Positions 26,757 through 40,918 of a DNA stretch of 64,000 nt are shown here, piece after piece (the first letter of the stretch is position 1; every line of letters starts with the position of its first letter). The stretch lies in assembly GCA_951406725.2 (NCBI GenBank), contig OX597816.1, positions 159,092,001-159,156,000 of the forward strand, given 5' to 3'. The stretch is from Octopus vulgaris. Lineage: Eukaryota. A model generated the notes under the pieces. The model was given only the letters and a program-made list of their open reading frames with translations, was not told the origin of the DNA and did no database searches. The position numbers and the translations under genes are program-made.

Positions 26757-27410
26757 AGCATTACATCAATTTGAAATAAACCGCTCTCCTCGGAAGCATA
26801 AGATTATATAGGTTTTCAACATACAGACTACTCCATTATGATTTTTTAACAAATTTTTTTATCCTTTAAGATTTTTTCATAATGGTGGAAATTTTTATAT
26901 AAATATATTTTACTAAGGTTCCTTAAATAAGTTATAGAATTGCTTATCTTCGCTTCTCGGATTAAATCTGAATTTAATTATGGGTTCATTGTTGAATAGT
27001 TTTAACATGACCACCTTAACAGTATGCTAGGATGAAGCATTATGAGGGTTCTATTTTACATAAAAGTACCCCATTTTAGGGGGCATAGATTGCTTTATCT
27101 ACCCTTCTTCTCTTACTTGGTCCTTAAATCCCTTTCTAAATTTTATTATTTAATATACAAAATATAATAATATATAAATTTTGCTAAATTTGAATATACT
27201 TTTCCCCCCTATATCCTTCGCTTCACAACCGATGGTGGTGTGTTTATGTCCCCGTAACTTAACGGTTAGGCAAAAGAGACTGATAGAATAAGTACTAACT
27301 AGGCAAAAAAAATAGTTCTGGTGTCGATTTGCTCGACTAAAAAACCCTTCAAGGCGGTACTCCAGCATGGCCGTAGTCAAATGACCGAAACAAATAAATA
27401 TACATATATA

Positions 27411-27810
27411 CAGATTACAAGCTCAGGTTTATACCTGTAATTATTGGAGCGCTGAGATATGTAACACACTACCTAAATACCAAAATTGAGAAATTAGGCT
27501 TCTCAAAACCAGGAAGGAGAAAGCTGATTTGAAAACTACAGATCCAATCCATCAGTGGAACTGTAAAAATCTGTAAAACTTGTCAGAAGTTTATCATTTA
27601 AATATATATGAGCATGTCTAGATATGCAAGTATATGCATGAGAATACATACATTAAACATACAAATCTGCACATATACATGCATACATATATACAAAAAA
27701 AAATACCCTGTTGTTGATGTTGAAATTCTAATGAAGGAGCCTTGAATCTAGGTTAGAAACCGGCTCTTTCTCTATTGAAAAGAAATTTTGAAATAAAACT
27801 GAACAATGAC
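27411..27810 (+). mobile_element. 5'-truncated 3' end of an R4/Dong-like element running into (ACAT)n
   Basis: Peptide DYKLRFIPVIIGALRYV..KLGFSKP; 3'UTR hairpin gaaggagcc/ggctctttc; aataaa, then (ACAT)n. Confidence 0.7.
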
Positions 27811-27945
27811 ATACATACATACATACATACATACATACATACATACATACATACATACATGCGTACATACATACATACATACATACATACATACATACAT
27901 ACATACGTACGTACGTACATATATGTATATACATACACAAACATG

Positions 27946-28096
<151 letters not shown>

Positions 28097-29043
28097 GAGT
28101 TCTATTTTTAAGTAGGCATGGATCCTTGGAGTTATTATAGGAAACGAAGTGATGAGACACATAGAACAGTGTGGTACTTGACTGCGTATGATACCGTAAA
28201 GTATACCGTTTCCTGTTTCGATAGCTCCTGTATTAGTAATGTGGAGTGAAATGCATGTTTGATTGGCTGTGGTTGTTTAATCCCAAGCCATCTCCATTGA
28301 AGAAGAGATACGATCAAAAGTGTTCCTATTGCATCCGTCACGTACACTTTTTCTTTTTTATTCTTTTTTCCCACCAGACATAATCTTTCGAATCACTTTT
28401 GTGACTCATTTTTGAAATAGTATTCATTGAAGGCGATTTCACTGCTACTTTTCGTAGGGGCTTCTTCCGTCTTGAGGCGTTTTTTGTGATTGTAAATGAT
28501 TTTCTTTAACCTCTGGCGTTCGGTGTCAACTATTTTTCGGTGTTAACTGTGTAACCATTTTTTCTCTGTATAATTATATTTTCCATGGCCAATTAACGTA
28601 TAATATTGAATAATACCAAAGGCGGTTTTTAAATCTCAACTTCAGCAATTACGACGAAGACTATACTTCGTTAATAAGATTATAATTATTTGTCGGCCAT
28701 CACCACCTTGAGTTTACGTTTACTGATACTACCTGTCGGATGGAATCTCCTGACAGAAGTGTCACCTTTTTCCTTCCTTCCGATGAAAGAAGGCAAAATT
28801 CGAGGCTTAAACTTAGAATGCAAAGAATAGGAAGAGATCTCCCACAAAGCATCTTGCCTAAACCTTAACCATCCCGCCATTCTACCGACTCGTGCTTTAT
28901 TTATCGACCTCGAAAGGATAAAAAGCAAAGTTGATGTTGGCTGGATTTGAACTCAGAATTTAGGGAGTTGGAACAATTAATGCAATGCATTCTACCTGGC
29001 GCTTTAACGACTCTGTCAAATGAAAACAATACTAGTCATTAGT

Positions 29044-29125
<82 letters not shown>

Positions 29126-29174
29126 CCGCTTAATTGTTTTGAATTAGCATTTTAAATTCTGGCACAAGACCAGC

Positions 29175-29567
29175 AACTTCGGGCAAGGGGTTAAGTCAAT
29201 TACATTAATATCAGTGCTCAACTGGTACTCATTTTATCGACCCCGAAAGGATGAAAGACAAAGTCGACCTCTGCCGAAGTTTAAACTCAGAATGCAAAGA
29301 CGGACGAAGTTCCGCTAAGCATTTTGCCCTATGTGCTAACGATTCTTATTTCTTTATTGCCCACAAGGGGCTAAATATAGAGGGGACAAACAAGGACAGA
29401 TAAACGGATTAAGTCGATTACATCGACTCCAGTGCGTAACTGGTACTTAATTTATCGACCCCGAAAGGATGAAAGGCAAAGTCGACCTCGGCGGAATTTG
29501 AACTCAGAACGCAGCGGCGGATGAAATACCACAAAGCATTTCGCCCGGCGTGCTAACGATTCTGCCA
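29175..29567 (-). mobile_element. Nested SINE family A
   Basis: Young tail gggcaataaagaaataa joined to gaatcgttagcac of an older copy. Confidence 0.85.
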
Positions 29568-30199
29568 CATCAACTCCTTAAATTCAATATTTTGTTTTAG
29601 TAATTCGCTTGGACCACCGAGTAATCTTCTACGTGATCGCTCGACCTGCTACAAATAGCAAGTAAGTCTCTCTCAAATCACACCTTACCGTTAAAATAAT
29701 GAAAGGCACACGATATTTTACTTTATGCATCGAAAACGAAGCATAGTCACACCTTGAGTATCTTTGATCAGGACTGATTTAACAACGACTACTTAGATTT
29801 TTGATGACCTTTGTATTAGATATATGAATACTAACTTATCTTACTGCTCCTTGCTTGAAATATGCTTACACCAACAAGTAGTTGCAAGTCAATCATAGGT
29901 TGTGGAAAGTTCTTTTAGTCATACGAACTATTTATCTTTAGTAATAGATTGTTCATTATCTCTCATATTGTCTACCGCCAGATGTTTCTTCTATTTAAAG
30001 TTTGTTGTTGGTGGCTATTCCCATATCTACAGACTAAAATCTCATGATGCCTTCTGTCAATTTTTTGCTGTGGTAGTGTCTCCATCATTTTCCTATTTCT
30101 ATTAATGGTTGTAACCAAGTTTCTAACGACAGGAGGAATTCTTCAAGGAGACACCTAAAACCCCTTTATTTTTGTGAATGTAGTAGACCACATCCTTAG

Positions 30200-30975
30200 G
30201 CAAAGTCTTTATTCCATTGAGCAAACGATCAAAAGAACAAAAAGCCAGCATCTCAGACCTTGACTTTACTGATCATCTTGTCCTCTCGGCTCATCAATTG
30301 GGTGATGCGCAAGACTTAACATTCTTAAAAATGTTTCAGTCAAAGTTAGTCTATTCTTCAGTGCGCAGAAGACGAATATAGGTCTATCAGTAAGAATGAA
30401 AGCAACCCACCAATTTGTTCCAATGACGAATTACGACCCAAAGAGGTCAGCGATTTGAAGTACCTTGGGTCCTATGTTGCCGACAGCACAAAAGACTTTC
30501 TGACCAGAGACTAGCTTGGAGGGTCTGTAACAAGCTTCAAAACATCTGACAGTCAAGTATTTCAAAAGTCAACAAGGCTGGCCTTCTACGAGGCATGTAT
30601 ACAGACCATTCTTCTCTATGGTGTCGAAACTTAGACTATGAAATGATTTCAAGATTGCCTTCCCTGGCATGTACACCATGCGGGCTCATCGGGGTTCAAA
30701 ACATCTCATGACAGGAACACAAGACCAGAAGAAATTTATGGACATATTCTACCCATCTCTACTATTGTTGTTCAACGCAAGGGTAGGTTATGCTGAAACC
30801 CATATCGGGTGTTATATTTTGGAAATTTCTAACCCCTAATATAGAACAAAGACCGACCAACTACAATAATGTCATTGGCAGAAACACAAATTAAAAAACT
30901 GAGGACAATTCAAATTTAAAGGCGGGTAAAGAATTCTGGCATGGCGTGGTAAAATGTAACCTGGTTACGGTCGCT
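30200..30975 (+). mobile_element. Degenerate RTE-type LINE 3' region
   Basis: Peptides EVSDLKYLGSYVADSTKDFLTR, LAWRVCNKLQNI and ACIQTILLYGVET. Confidence 0.75.
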
Positions 30976-32381
30976 TGGGAGCGGCCAGTTTAGCTACCGC
31001 ACAGGTGAGTCAACACCTCTCTACGAAACTGGATTTGGCTACTATTGCTAACAGGTCAAGCGACCTAGTTGTCTCGTGGCATACACTTCTATTCGTCTCA
31101 AACACACGTTCCTCTCCCCTTCTCCCTCACTCTCTTACTCCAAGCTTATATCTTTATCTTCATAGTTACATGATTTTTCTCTCATCATTAGCTCCTCTTT
31201 CTCTCCCTCTCTTTCACTACCTCATGTCCTTCTTTCTTTACTTCTCTTTGTCTCTTTCTTTCTCCCTTCCTTCTTGCCTTCCATTCTTTCTGCCTTTCTT
31301 TTCATAACTTCCTTCTTTCTCTCTTCTTCATAATTTTCGTCTCTCTTTCATAATTTTCTTTCTTTCTCTCTCCTTCTTTCTGGTTTTCTTTCTTCTTTCT
31401 TTCTTTCTTTCTTTCTTTCTCTTCTTTCTTTCTTTCTTTCGTTCTTTCTTTCTTTCTCTTTCTATCCGCCTGTCTGTCTCTCTTTTCTCCCCCACCCTTA
31501 CCTCTACGCCTCCACCGTCTTGTTTCTCTCTTCTTTCCTTCTTCCTGGTTTTCTTTCTTTCTTTCTCTCTTTCTTTCTTTCGTTCTTTCTTTCTTTCTCT
31601 TTCTATCCGCCTGTCTGTCTCTCTTTTCTCCCCCACCCTTACCTCTACGCCTCCACCGTCTTCTTTCTTTTCTTCTTCTCTTCTTGTTCTTGTCTATTTA
31701 TCTTAATCGTCAGCTGATCTCACCACCACCCGCCACCTACCCCACCAGGAAATAAATTAGAGAAATTTGGTGACCCTTCATCCGGTCTGCTGAGCAACAC
31801 ATACACAGACACACAGACACAGGCACAAACTGTAGGAACATACACACGCACGTGCAACATACATACATACATACATACATACATACATACATACATACAT
31901 ACATACATACATACATACATACATTCATACATACATACATACATTCATACATACATACATACATACATACATTCATACATACATACATACATACACGCAC
32001 AGAACAGACATTCACACACACAGTTTTCAAACACACGCACACACACACACATGCAAACACACATACAAACACACATGCACACTCGCACGCGCACGCAAAA
32101 TCGCATGCAAATTAACGGAAAACCTCGTCTTTCGCTCGGCTTGCTAGAAATAACAGCTAAATCTCTCTCAGATCACATGCACACACGACCATCTGAAATT
32201 AAGAAAGAACACACATTAGGTAACAGGCCTTACATACTCTTGGCAAAGACGGAATGGTCAGAATTGGAGAGCCATTACTTATTGCACTGCACAATTTGGA
32301 CTAACCAAGGGTTAAACGAAACATAAACGTGAAATTATGAATATGGGTGTATACACACACACAGACTCACGCATGCATTCA

Positions 32382-32438
<57 letters not shown>

Positions 32439-32769
32439 TCACGTAAAAACATACACATAAAAGAAACACGCACACAACAAACACATACACACGCACGGTA
32501 ACAAACACACACACACATACAACCGCGCGCACACACTACCGCACACATACAACCGCACACACACACAGTCGCTAAACAACCGTACACATACACACTACTA
32601 CCACACACACACGGCCGCACACACACACACAACCGCACATGCAGACAGCTGCACACACACACACACAAGCACACACACACAACTACACTTAAACACAGCC
32701 GCACATACACGCACACAGCCGCACACACACTCAACCGTCACACATACAACCGTACGCTCACACACAGAC

Positions 32770-32844
<75 letters not shown>

Positions 32845-33365
32845 CGCAAAACTGCTATACACATTAAAAAAAAAACGAGGAAACGTCTATGTGGTCGCTC
32901 GAACTGTTAAAAACACTAGCTAAATCTCCCTCAAATCACATACTACCATCTTAAATACGAAAGGACACACTGACCGATGTAATGTCAAACAAGAAAAAAA
33001 AAACCAAATGATCAAAGCTGAAATAACTTTGACTACAGACGCAGACATGTCTGTCTGGCAAAATAATCTCACTTTGTAACCATGTGATTTTCGGTTCAGT
33101 CTTACCGCGTGGCAACTTCGCAAGTGTTTTCGACTATAACCCTAGTCTGGCCAAGGCCTTGTCACGGAATTTGATGGATAAAAACTGTGTGGAAGCCCAT
33201 CACATGTGTGTAGGTATGTCAGTCCGTCCCTATACATGTGACGGGCGTCCACACAGGTTCTATCCGTCAAATTCCCTCACAAGGCGTATATGTTTATCAT
33301 GCATGTATGTATATATTACTTGTTTCAATTTTGAACTTCAGCAACACTAAGGCACCGCTTATATA

Positions 33366-33716
33366 TATATATATACTGTTGTGTCTGGGGAGAGTCTTTT
33401 TCTTTTTGTGCCTTATTATTTAACACACTCACCGGTAAAATTTCCACTTATTTCCTATTTTATTTTCCTAAAATTTTCGTTGCGTCTTACAACCTTTTCA
33501 ATAGTTTTGAGAGTCAAGACTATATATATGTATATATATTTCGTTTTGGGATTTGGTTTGCAAGATTCTTTATGTGAGTTCGTGTGTTGAAGCATATTCT
33601 GTTGTGTCTGGGGAGAGTGATTCCCTTTTAGTGCCTTACAATTTAACATACTTTACCGGTGAGTGTGACAAATTATAAGGCACTAAAAGAGAATGACTCT
33701 CTCCAGACACAATAGT
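33366..33716. mobile_element. Pseudo-LTR-like pieces in (TA)n: ~70-bp motif present twice direct (33366-33437, 33599-33660) and once inverted (33655-33714)
   Basis: Motif gttgtgtctggggagagt..gtgcctta..taacacactcaccggt; carries the HHR at 33468-33504. Confidence 0.6.
33468..33504 (-). ncRNA. Minimal hammerhead variant with U3-A8 covariation
   Basis: Minus strand: stem I CUA/UAG; core UUGAAAA plus an extra G; stem II GUUGU(AAGAC)GCAAC; GAAA; palindromic stem III AAUU. Confidence 0.6.
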
Positions 33717-33839
33717 ATATATATAGTTGATTACCCCTCTAAAATAAAAGGAGAAAAAAAAACAAGAAAAAAAGACGACGCGAGGACGTGGTACATGCAA
33801 ATTAATAAGACGCTCAGGAAAGGAAAGAAAGGATGTATG

Positions 33840-33887
<48 letters not shown>

Positions 33888-34095
33888 TATATATTCTTTT
33901 ATTTGTTTAAGTCATTTGAGTACGGCCATGCTGGAGCACTGCCTTTAGTCGAACAAATCTACCCCAGGACTTATTCTTTGTAAGCCTAGTACTTATTCTA
34001 TCGGTGGGGACTGAACCCGGAACCATGTGGTTGGTAAGGAAGCTACATACCACACAGCCACTCCTTGTGTATGTGTGTGTGTGTATGTGTATGTG

Positions 34096-34155
<60 letters not shown>

Positions 34156-35045
34156 TCGCCGCTTGGCAACCGATGTTGGTTTCTTTGTGTACCCGTCAAA
34201 TAGCGGTTTGGCTAACAGGAACTTATAAAATAAGCAGCAAACTTAAAATATGTCCTGGGGTTGATTTGATCGAGTAAAACCTTTAGAGAGGTGCCCCAGC
34301 ATGGTCGCAATTCACTGAGTGGATCAAATACAAGTAGAAAAGAATAAAAAAAAAAGGTCCACTCCACCAAAGTGACCTGGGGATAAACAACATCTATAAC
34401 TCCCTACATCATACACATACATAGAAATACCATAGAATATGAAGCTGTACGTGGTCCTTCAAGCCTTATTAAATTAGTAGCGAAATCTTCTGTAGATCAC
34501 CCCTTTCCCACCCGTTTTAAAAAAAGATATATTGAATGAGAAAAAAGCTTGGTCCCTTTTTTTTTATTTCTCACACATAGGGAAAAGATCAGATAGTCAC
34601 GGTTGGAATGCCTTTGATTATAGGCTTGCATGATCCTGTTGACCTTGGGTTAAACAACAACAACAACAACAACAACAGCTACAACAACAGCAACAACAAC
34701 AACAAAGCACATTCAGCACGTGATAAAAGGGGTGGGGTAGGGTATTAGTAATGAAAAAGGAACAACAACATGTGAAAGCCAACAGCAGTGTAAGATCGGT
34801 TCCGGTTTCAACAACCAATCATTTGCCGATATCTGCTGAACAATAGAATTAATCGATACTGTAGCTGCTGCTGCTGTTGCTGCTACAGCTGCTGCTGCGT
34901 CGTAATATCCTGTATAGAGACAGCGCTCATTAAATTATCGATCTGTGTGTGTATGTGTATGTGTATGCGGATGTATGCTGTGTGTTAGGGTATTAATTGT
35001 CGTACGAGCGACACCCATTTTGTGACTTGATGTATCATGGAGTAA

Positions 35046-35096
<51 letters not shown>

Positions 35097-35245
35097 TTAG
35101 GTGTCATGTGATTGGATGAATGCGCATGTTTGCGAGCGCGTTTTGCATGTCTGATTTTTAAACTGTCTGTGATGTGTATTCTGTGCAGTGTGTGTGTGTG
35201 TGTGCGTGCGTGCATGCGTTGTGTGCATGCTTGCATGTGTTGTGC

Positions 35246-35279
<34 letters not shown>

Positions 35280-37129
35280 ATGCGTGCGTGTGTGTTTATG
35301 AAGCTGGCTGAGTGTAGGCGTGTTTGCGCCTGGCTGATTGTAGGTGTACTTCTGCACGTGGCTGAGTGTAGTTGCATACACATGTGTGTATATGCGCGCA
35401 CGTACGCATGTGTATGTGTGTGTGCGTGCGTGCGTGTGTGTGTGTGTTTGTGCGTGTGTGTGTTTGTATGTGTGACTGAAAGCCGGTGCGTTTGTATGCG
35501 TGGCTGAGTTTACGTATATCTGCGTCGGCGGAGTGCAGGTGGCTTTTGCGCGTGGCTGAGTGTTGGTTAGCTGGTGCTCGGTTAGTGCAGGTATGTTGAC
35601 GAGCACAGCTGAGTGGAAGTGAGTTTGTGTGTGTGTGTGTGTGTGTGTACATGTGGGGAGGAGAGAGGTGAGTCTAGGTGTCTGTATATGGCTAAATGTA
35701 GGTGTGTTTGTGTAGCTGTGCGTAAGTGCATTTGCGTGGGTATGTCTCTACGCGAATGAGTGTAGTTATGTGTGTGTAAGCGCATGTGTAGCCGAGTCTA
35801 TGTGTGCGTGAGTATGAGTGTATGAATGTAGGTATGTGTGTGTACGTGCACGTAGCTGAGAGTGAGTGGAGAATTTGTGTGCATAACTGAGTGAAGGTGT
35901 TTTGTGTGGTTGAGTATAGCTGTGTGTGTGTATGCGTAGCTGAATAGAGCTATGTTTGTGAGCGTAGATGAATTTTTATGTCGTGGCACTCCGTCGGTTG
36001 CGACGACGAGGGTTCCAGTTGATCTCCTCGTGAAATTAACGTGCAAGTGGCTGAGCACTCCACAGACACGTGTACCCTTAGCGTAGTTCTTGGGGAGATT
36101 CAGCGTGACACAGTGTGAGACAAGGTTGGCCCCTTTGAAATACAGGTACAACAGAAACAGGAAGAAAGAGTGAGAGAAAGTTGTGGCGAAAGAGTACAGT
36201 AGAGTTCGCCTCCCCGCCCCTACTGCCGGAGCCTCGTGGTGTTTTCGCTCAATAAACACTCACAACGCCCGGTCTGGTAATCGAAACCGCGATCCTATGA
36301 CCGCGAGTTCGCTGCCCTAACCACTTGGCCATTGCGCCTCCACGATTTATATGTACGGAGCTAAGAATAGCTGCATCTGTGTGCGTGTATGTAAATGTTT
36401 AAGTATTTGTGTACAATATGAGTAAAATATGTATGTATTTGTACGTGCTATATCACGTGACCGACCAGACCATCAGATGTTGTTACACATCGCTGGTCAC
36501 AATGCGTTCGCATTGTTTTAGCCTTCGAATGACGCCACCCCGCTGGCTAAGCGAGCAGGCCAACAGAAGAAAGAGTGGGAGAAAGAGTGGTGAGAGAGTA
36601 CAGCAGGGATCACCACCCCCTGCCGGAGCCTCGTGGAGCTTTTAGGTGTTTTCGCTCAATAAACACTCACAACGCCCGGTCTGGGAATCGAAACCGCGAT
36701 CCTGCGACCGCGAGTCCGCTGTCCTGACCACTAGGCCATTGCTATATGGCGAGTTTATATGTTTATGTGTCATGGGAGTGAATGTGTGTGTATCAGCGCT
36801 CCTCAACCATTTTTTTCCCTACGCATCCCTTTGATTCCTGTTTAATCGGGTGGACCTTCACAGCCATTCGATGTTTTAAGAAAATCCTATTATATTTTTA
36901 GACATTAAATATTCTTTTATTCTTTTATCTGTTTCAGTCATCTAACTGCAGCCATGCTGTGGGTCACCGCCTTTAGTCGAACAAATCGACCCTAGGACTT
37001 ATTCTTTGTACTTTGTATTCTAGTACTTATTCGACTTATTTTCTTTTGCTGAACCGCCAAGTTACGGGGAAGTAAACACACCAGCATCGGTTGTCAAGCG
37101 ATGGGAAGGGGGGGGGGACAAACACGCGC

Positions 37130-37169
<40 letters not shown>

Positions 37170-37180
37170 ATACACACATA

Positions 37181-37412
37181 CAGGGTGACCCACACGTAGG
37201 TTTACAGTTATCACGGAGGCATTTTAAATTTCTTTTAAAATATTCTATTACATTTAAATTTCTATCTTACAAACCGAAAAGGGAGTTTGACAAAATTAAC
37301 TAAATTAGCATAGAATAATGGTTTCATATTTTTTTAATAATTAAGATCTTAACTGTTAATATATGAGAAAGAGATAGTTGAATAACTGTAAACCTACTTT
37401 TGGGCCACCCTG
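37181..37412. mobile_element. Tc1/mariner-type MITE with TA TSD
   Basis: ~30-bp TIRs cagggtgacccacacgtaggtttacagtta / taactgtaaacctacttttgggccaccctg, flanked by TA. Confidence 0.85.
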
Positions 37413-37416
37413 TATG

Positions 37417-37470
<54 letters not shown>

Positions 37471-37707
37471 GGGAATATTATTCCAAACTTACAGGGAAAA
37501 ATTCAATTTAGTAATACTAAATCAAATTTCACAATATATGATATATTTATATAAATTAGAGAAAAACCACCTTTTATCAATTCAACAATTTTTTATCGAC
37601 AGCGCATAAAGACGGACGAAATGCCGGTAAGTCCGACGTGCTAACGATTTCGCCGGCTCGCTGCCTTAATAAATAAATAAATAAATAAATAAATAAATAT
37701 ATATATA

Positions 37708-37760
<53 letters not shown>

Positions 37761-37764
<4 letters not shown>

Positions 37765-38000
37765 CAAAATAAGAAAATGGAGAAATACATCCAAATCAAA
37801 TATCAATTACCAGATAATACCCAATCACATACTTTATTAAACCACCACATAGGAAACTTTAAGGTCAAACATAATAATATAAAACAAAACAGTGTACATA
37901 AAGGAGTGTACTGGTGGTTTAATAAAGTTTGTGATTGGGTATTATCTGGTAATTGATATTTGATTTGGATGTATTTCTCCATTTTCTTATTTTGTATTAT
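37761..38000. repeat. Near-perfect ~87-bp inverted repeat (37761-37847 vs 37913-37998) abutting (TA)n
   Basis: aatacaaaataagaaaatggagaaatacatcc...accacca mirrored by tggtggt...tttgtatt. Confidence 0.85.
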
Positions 38001-38373
38001 GAATTTCTGGTAAAACATTTTACCTTTGCCCATATAATACAGTAAATGAATTAATTGCATCGCAATTCTTAACATTTATGTATTAACTTTGTTGGGTACT
38101 TCGCTAGCAGTATATAGGATATATGTTATCCCATGGAGGGTTGCATTTACAACCCCTATCTCAATTTTGGACCCTGGCTGAGAACCGCTGGTGTATATGG
38201 TTGATGTGTGGGTATATAAGTGTATGTGAATGTTTATGTATGCATTCTGAATGTGTGTGTCTGTGATCGAGTGTATGTGTTCGTGATTGAGTTGGATAGC
38301 TGTGGCTGAGTATATCTATGCATGATTGTGTTTGTGTGTGTTTCTATGGCTCAGTTACTCTCGCATATACACC

Positions 38374-40108
38374 TGGCGAGCTGGCAGAAACGTTAGCACG
38401 CCGGGCGAAATGCGTAGCCGTATTTCGTCTGCCGCTACGTTCTGAGTTCAAATTCTGCCGAGGTCGACTTTGCTTTTCATCCTTTCGGGGTCGATAAATT
38501 AAGTACCAGTTTCGCACTGGGGTCGATATAATCGACTTCATCCATTTGTCTGTCCTTGTTTGTCCTCTCTGTGTTTAGCCCCTTGTGGGTAGTAAAGAAA
38601 TATATACACCTATTCTCAGACACGCACGCGCACACACCCTTACTCAGCCACACAAACACTACCAGTGAACCACACACATAAACACTCCTATACTCAGTCA
38701 TGCACACTCATTCGCGCGCGCGCAAACACACCCACGCACAACCACGCACACTTACATTCACACAGCTACAGACACACACACACACACAAATACACACACG
38801 CAGCTTCATATGCAAACAAACTGCACCCTCTTACTCATACTAACATACCTCTACTTAGGCTCGCGCACAAATAAATCTGATCTCAACCACACACACACAT
38901 ACCGACGTGCACACAGGCAGACACACAAACACACCTGTAATCTGACACACAAACGCACCTGTAATCTGACACACACACACACAAACAAACGTGCATTTAG
39001 GCACGTACACAAACACACATACACTCAACCACGCACAAAAACCCACTCGCACTCAACCGCACAAAACCTATCTACACTCAAGCACAAACCCACACTCAAA
39101 CATAACAACATCGAGTGTATGCGTCGCTGTTTTTTGTATATTTTCTATTATAAACATAAAACCTGAACTTTTGAGGGAAGGGGATCAGTCGACTACATCA
39201 ACCCCCGTGCACAGCTGGTACTTTTTTTATCGACTCCAAAAGGATTAAAGGTAAAGTCGAATTCGGAAGCATTTGAAGTCTGCGCATAAAGACGGACGAA
39301 ATGCCGCTAGGCATTTTGTCCGGCGTACTTAACGATTTCACTGGCACGCTGCCTTAATAAAAATCCTTTCTTATTTCTTTATTGCCCACAAGGGGCTAAA
39401 CATAGAGGGGACAAACAAAGACGGACAAACGGATTAAGTCGATTATATCGACCCCAGTGCGTAACTGGTACTTATTTAATCGACCCCGAAAGGATGAAAG
39501 GCAAAGTCGACCTCGGCGGAATTTGAACTCAGAACGTAACGGCAGACTAAATACCGCTTAGCATTTCGTCCGACGCGCTAACGTTTCTGCCAGCTCGTCG
39601 CCTTTGTTTTTTTTTTAATTAATTTTTTTTTTTTGGGGGGGGGGGTCAAATTTGAACTCAAAATATACCTATTTCTTTACTACCCACAAGGGGGTAAACA
39701 CAGAGAGGACAAACAAGGATACAAACGGATTAAGTCGATTATATCGACTCCAGTGCGTAACTGGTCTTTATTTAATCGACCCCGAATGGATGAAAGGCAA
39801 AGTCGACCTCGGCGGAATTTGAACTCAGAACATAAAGACAGACGAAATACCGCGATGCATTTCGCCCGGGGCGCTAACGTTTCTGCCAGATCCTATAATC
39901 CTTTCTATTATAAGCAGAAGAATTCTGTGGGGACCCCAGTACTTACAACGACCCCGGTACTTAACTGGGGACTTTATTTTATCGACCCCAAAATTATGAA
40001 ATGCAAAGTTGACCTCGGGGCAGTTTGAACTCAGGGCGTGAAGAGTCGGAAGAAATGCTACTAAGCATTTTGTTCGACGCGCTAGCGATTCTGCCAGCTC
40101 GCCGCCGT
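38374..40108. mobile_element. Several SINE family A copies (38374-38601 +; 39160-39603 -; 39666-40108 -)
   Basis: Family core sequence; TSD atatacacct around the first copy. Confidence 0.85.
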
Positions 40109-40706
40109 TGTTTGTTGTCTAATGTATGCGTTAATGTGTATTCGTCGTTATTGTAGTCGTTCCTGTATATTCTCAGGTCATTTTCGGTCGAGCTGACCTA
40201 TGATCAAAGGCGTTCTAGTTGTGACCACCGCGTCCATTTGTTGACTAGAGGCAACATTGAAAGTATCCCTCTTTATTTACGAAATTAAGGTGTTCTTAAC
40301 ATAGAGGTTTGTTATTTCTCACAGGTCACGTCGATTCACCTGTGCATTTGTTTTCCGAGTGTGTGTATGAATGTCTATGTGTGTGTGCGTGTGTGTGGCG
40401 TATGCGTGCGTGTACGCGCGTCTGCAGAAAAGGTGTGTGTGTGTGTGTGTCTATACTGAGGGTAAATGTGCGTGTGGTGTGTGTGTGTGTGTGTCTGCAG
40501 GTAAATGAATATGTGTATGCGTGTTTGAGTAATGTATCTCATAATGCATCCGTGTGTGTTTGTGTGTGTGTGTGTGTGTAAATGTGCGTGTGCTAATGTG
40601 TGTGTGTGTGTGCGTTTCTGCAGGTAAATGAATATGCGTATGTGTGTTTGAGTAATGTATCTCATAGTATGCGTATGTGTGTTTGAGTAATGTATCTCAT
40701 AGTACA

Positions 40707-40767
<61 letters not shown>

Positions 40768-40882
40768 CTGCAATGTGTAATAATGTCAATGTCTATGTAT
40801 GTGCTTATATTTGCGCCATGTGAATGTGTATCATTGACGAAAGTATATGCGTGTGTAATTGTGTGTGTGTGTGTGTGTGCAG

Positions 40883-40918
<36 letters not shown>

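Noticed and set aside
27728-27775. CUAAUGA...GAAAC hammerhead-like string
   Set aside because: Stems I and III do not close properly; better explained by the 3'UTR hairpin gaaggagcc/ggctctttc of the R4-like element.
28130-28600. Lys-rich minus-strand peptide fragments (ERQRLKKIIYNHKKRLK)
   Set aside because: Interrupted by stops and frameshifts; no family recognised.
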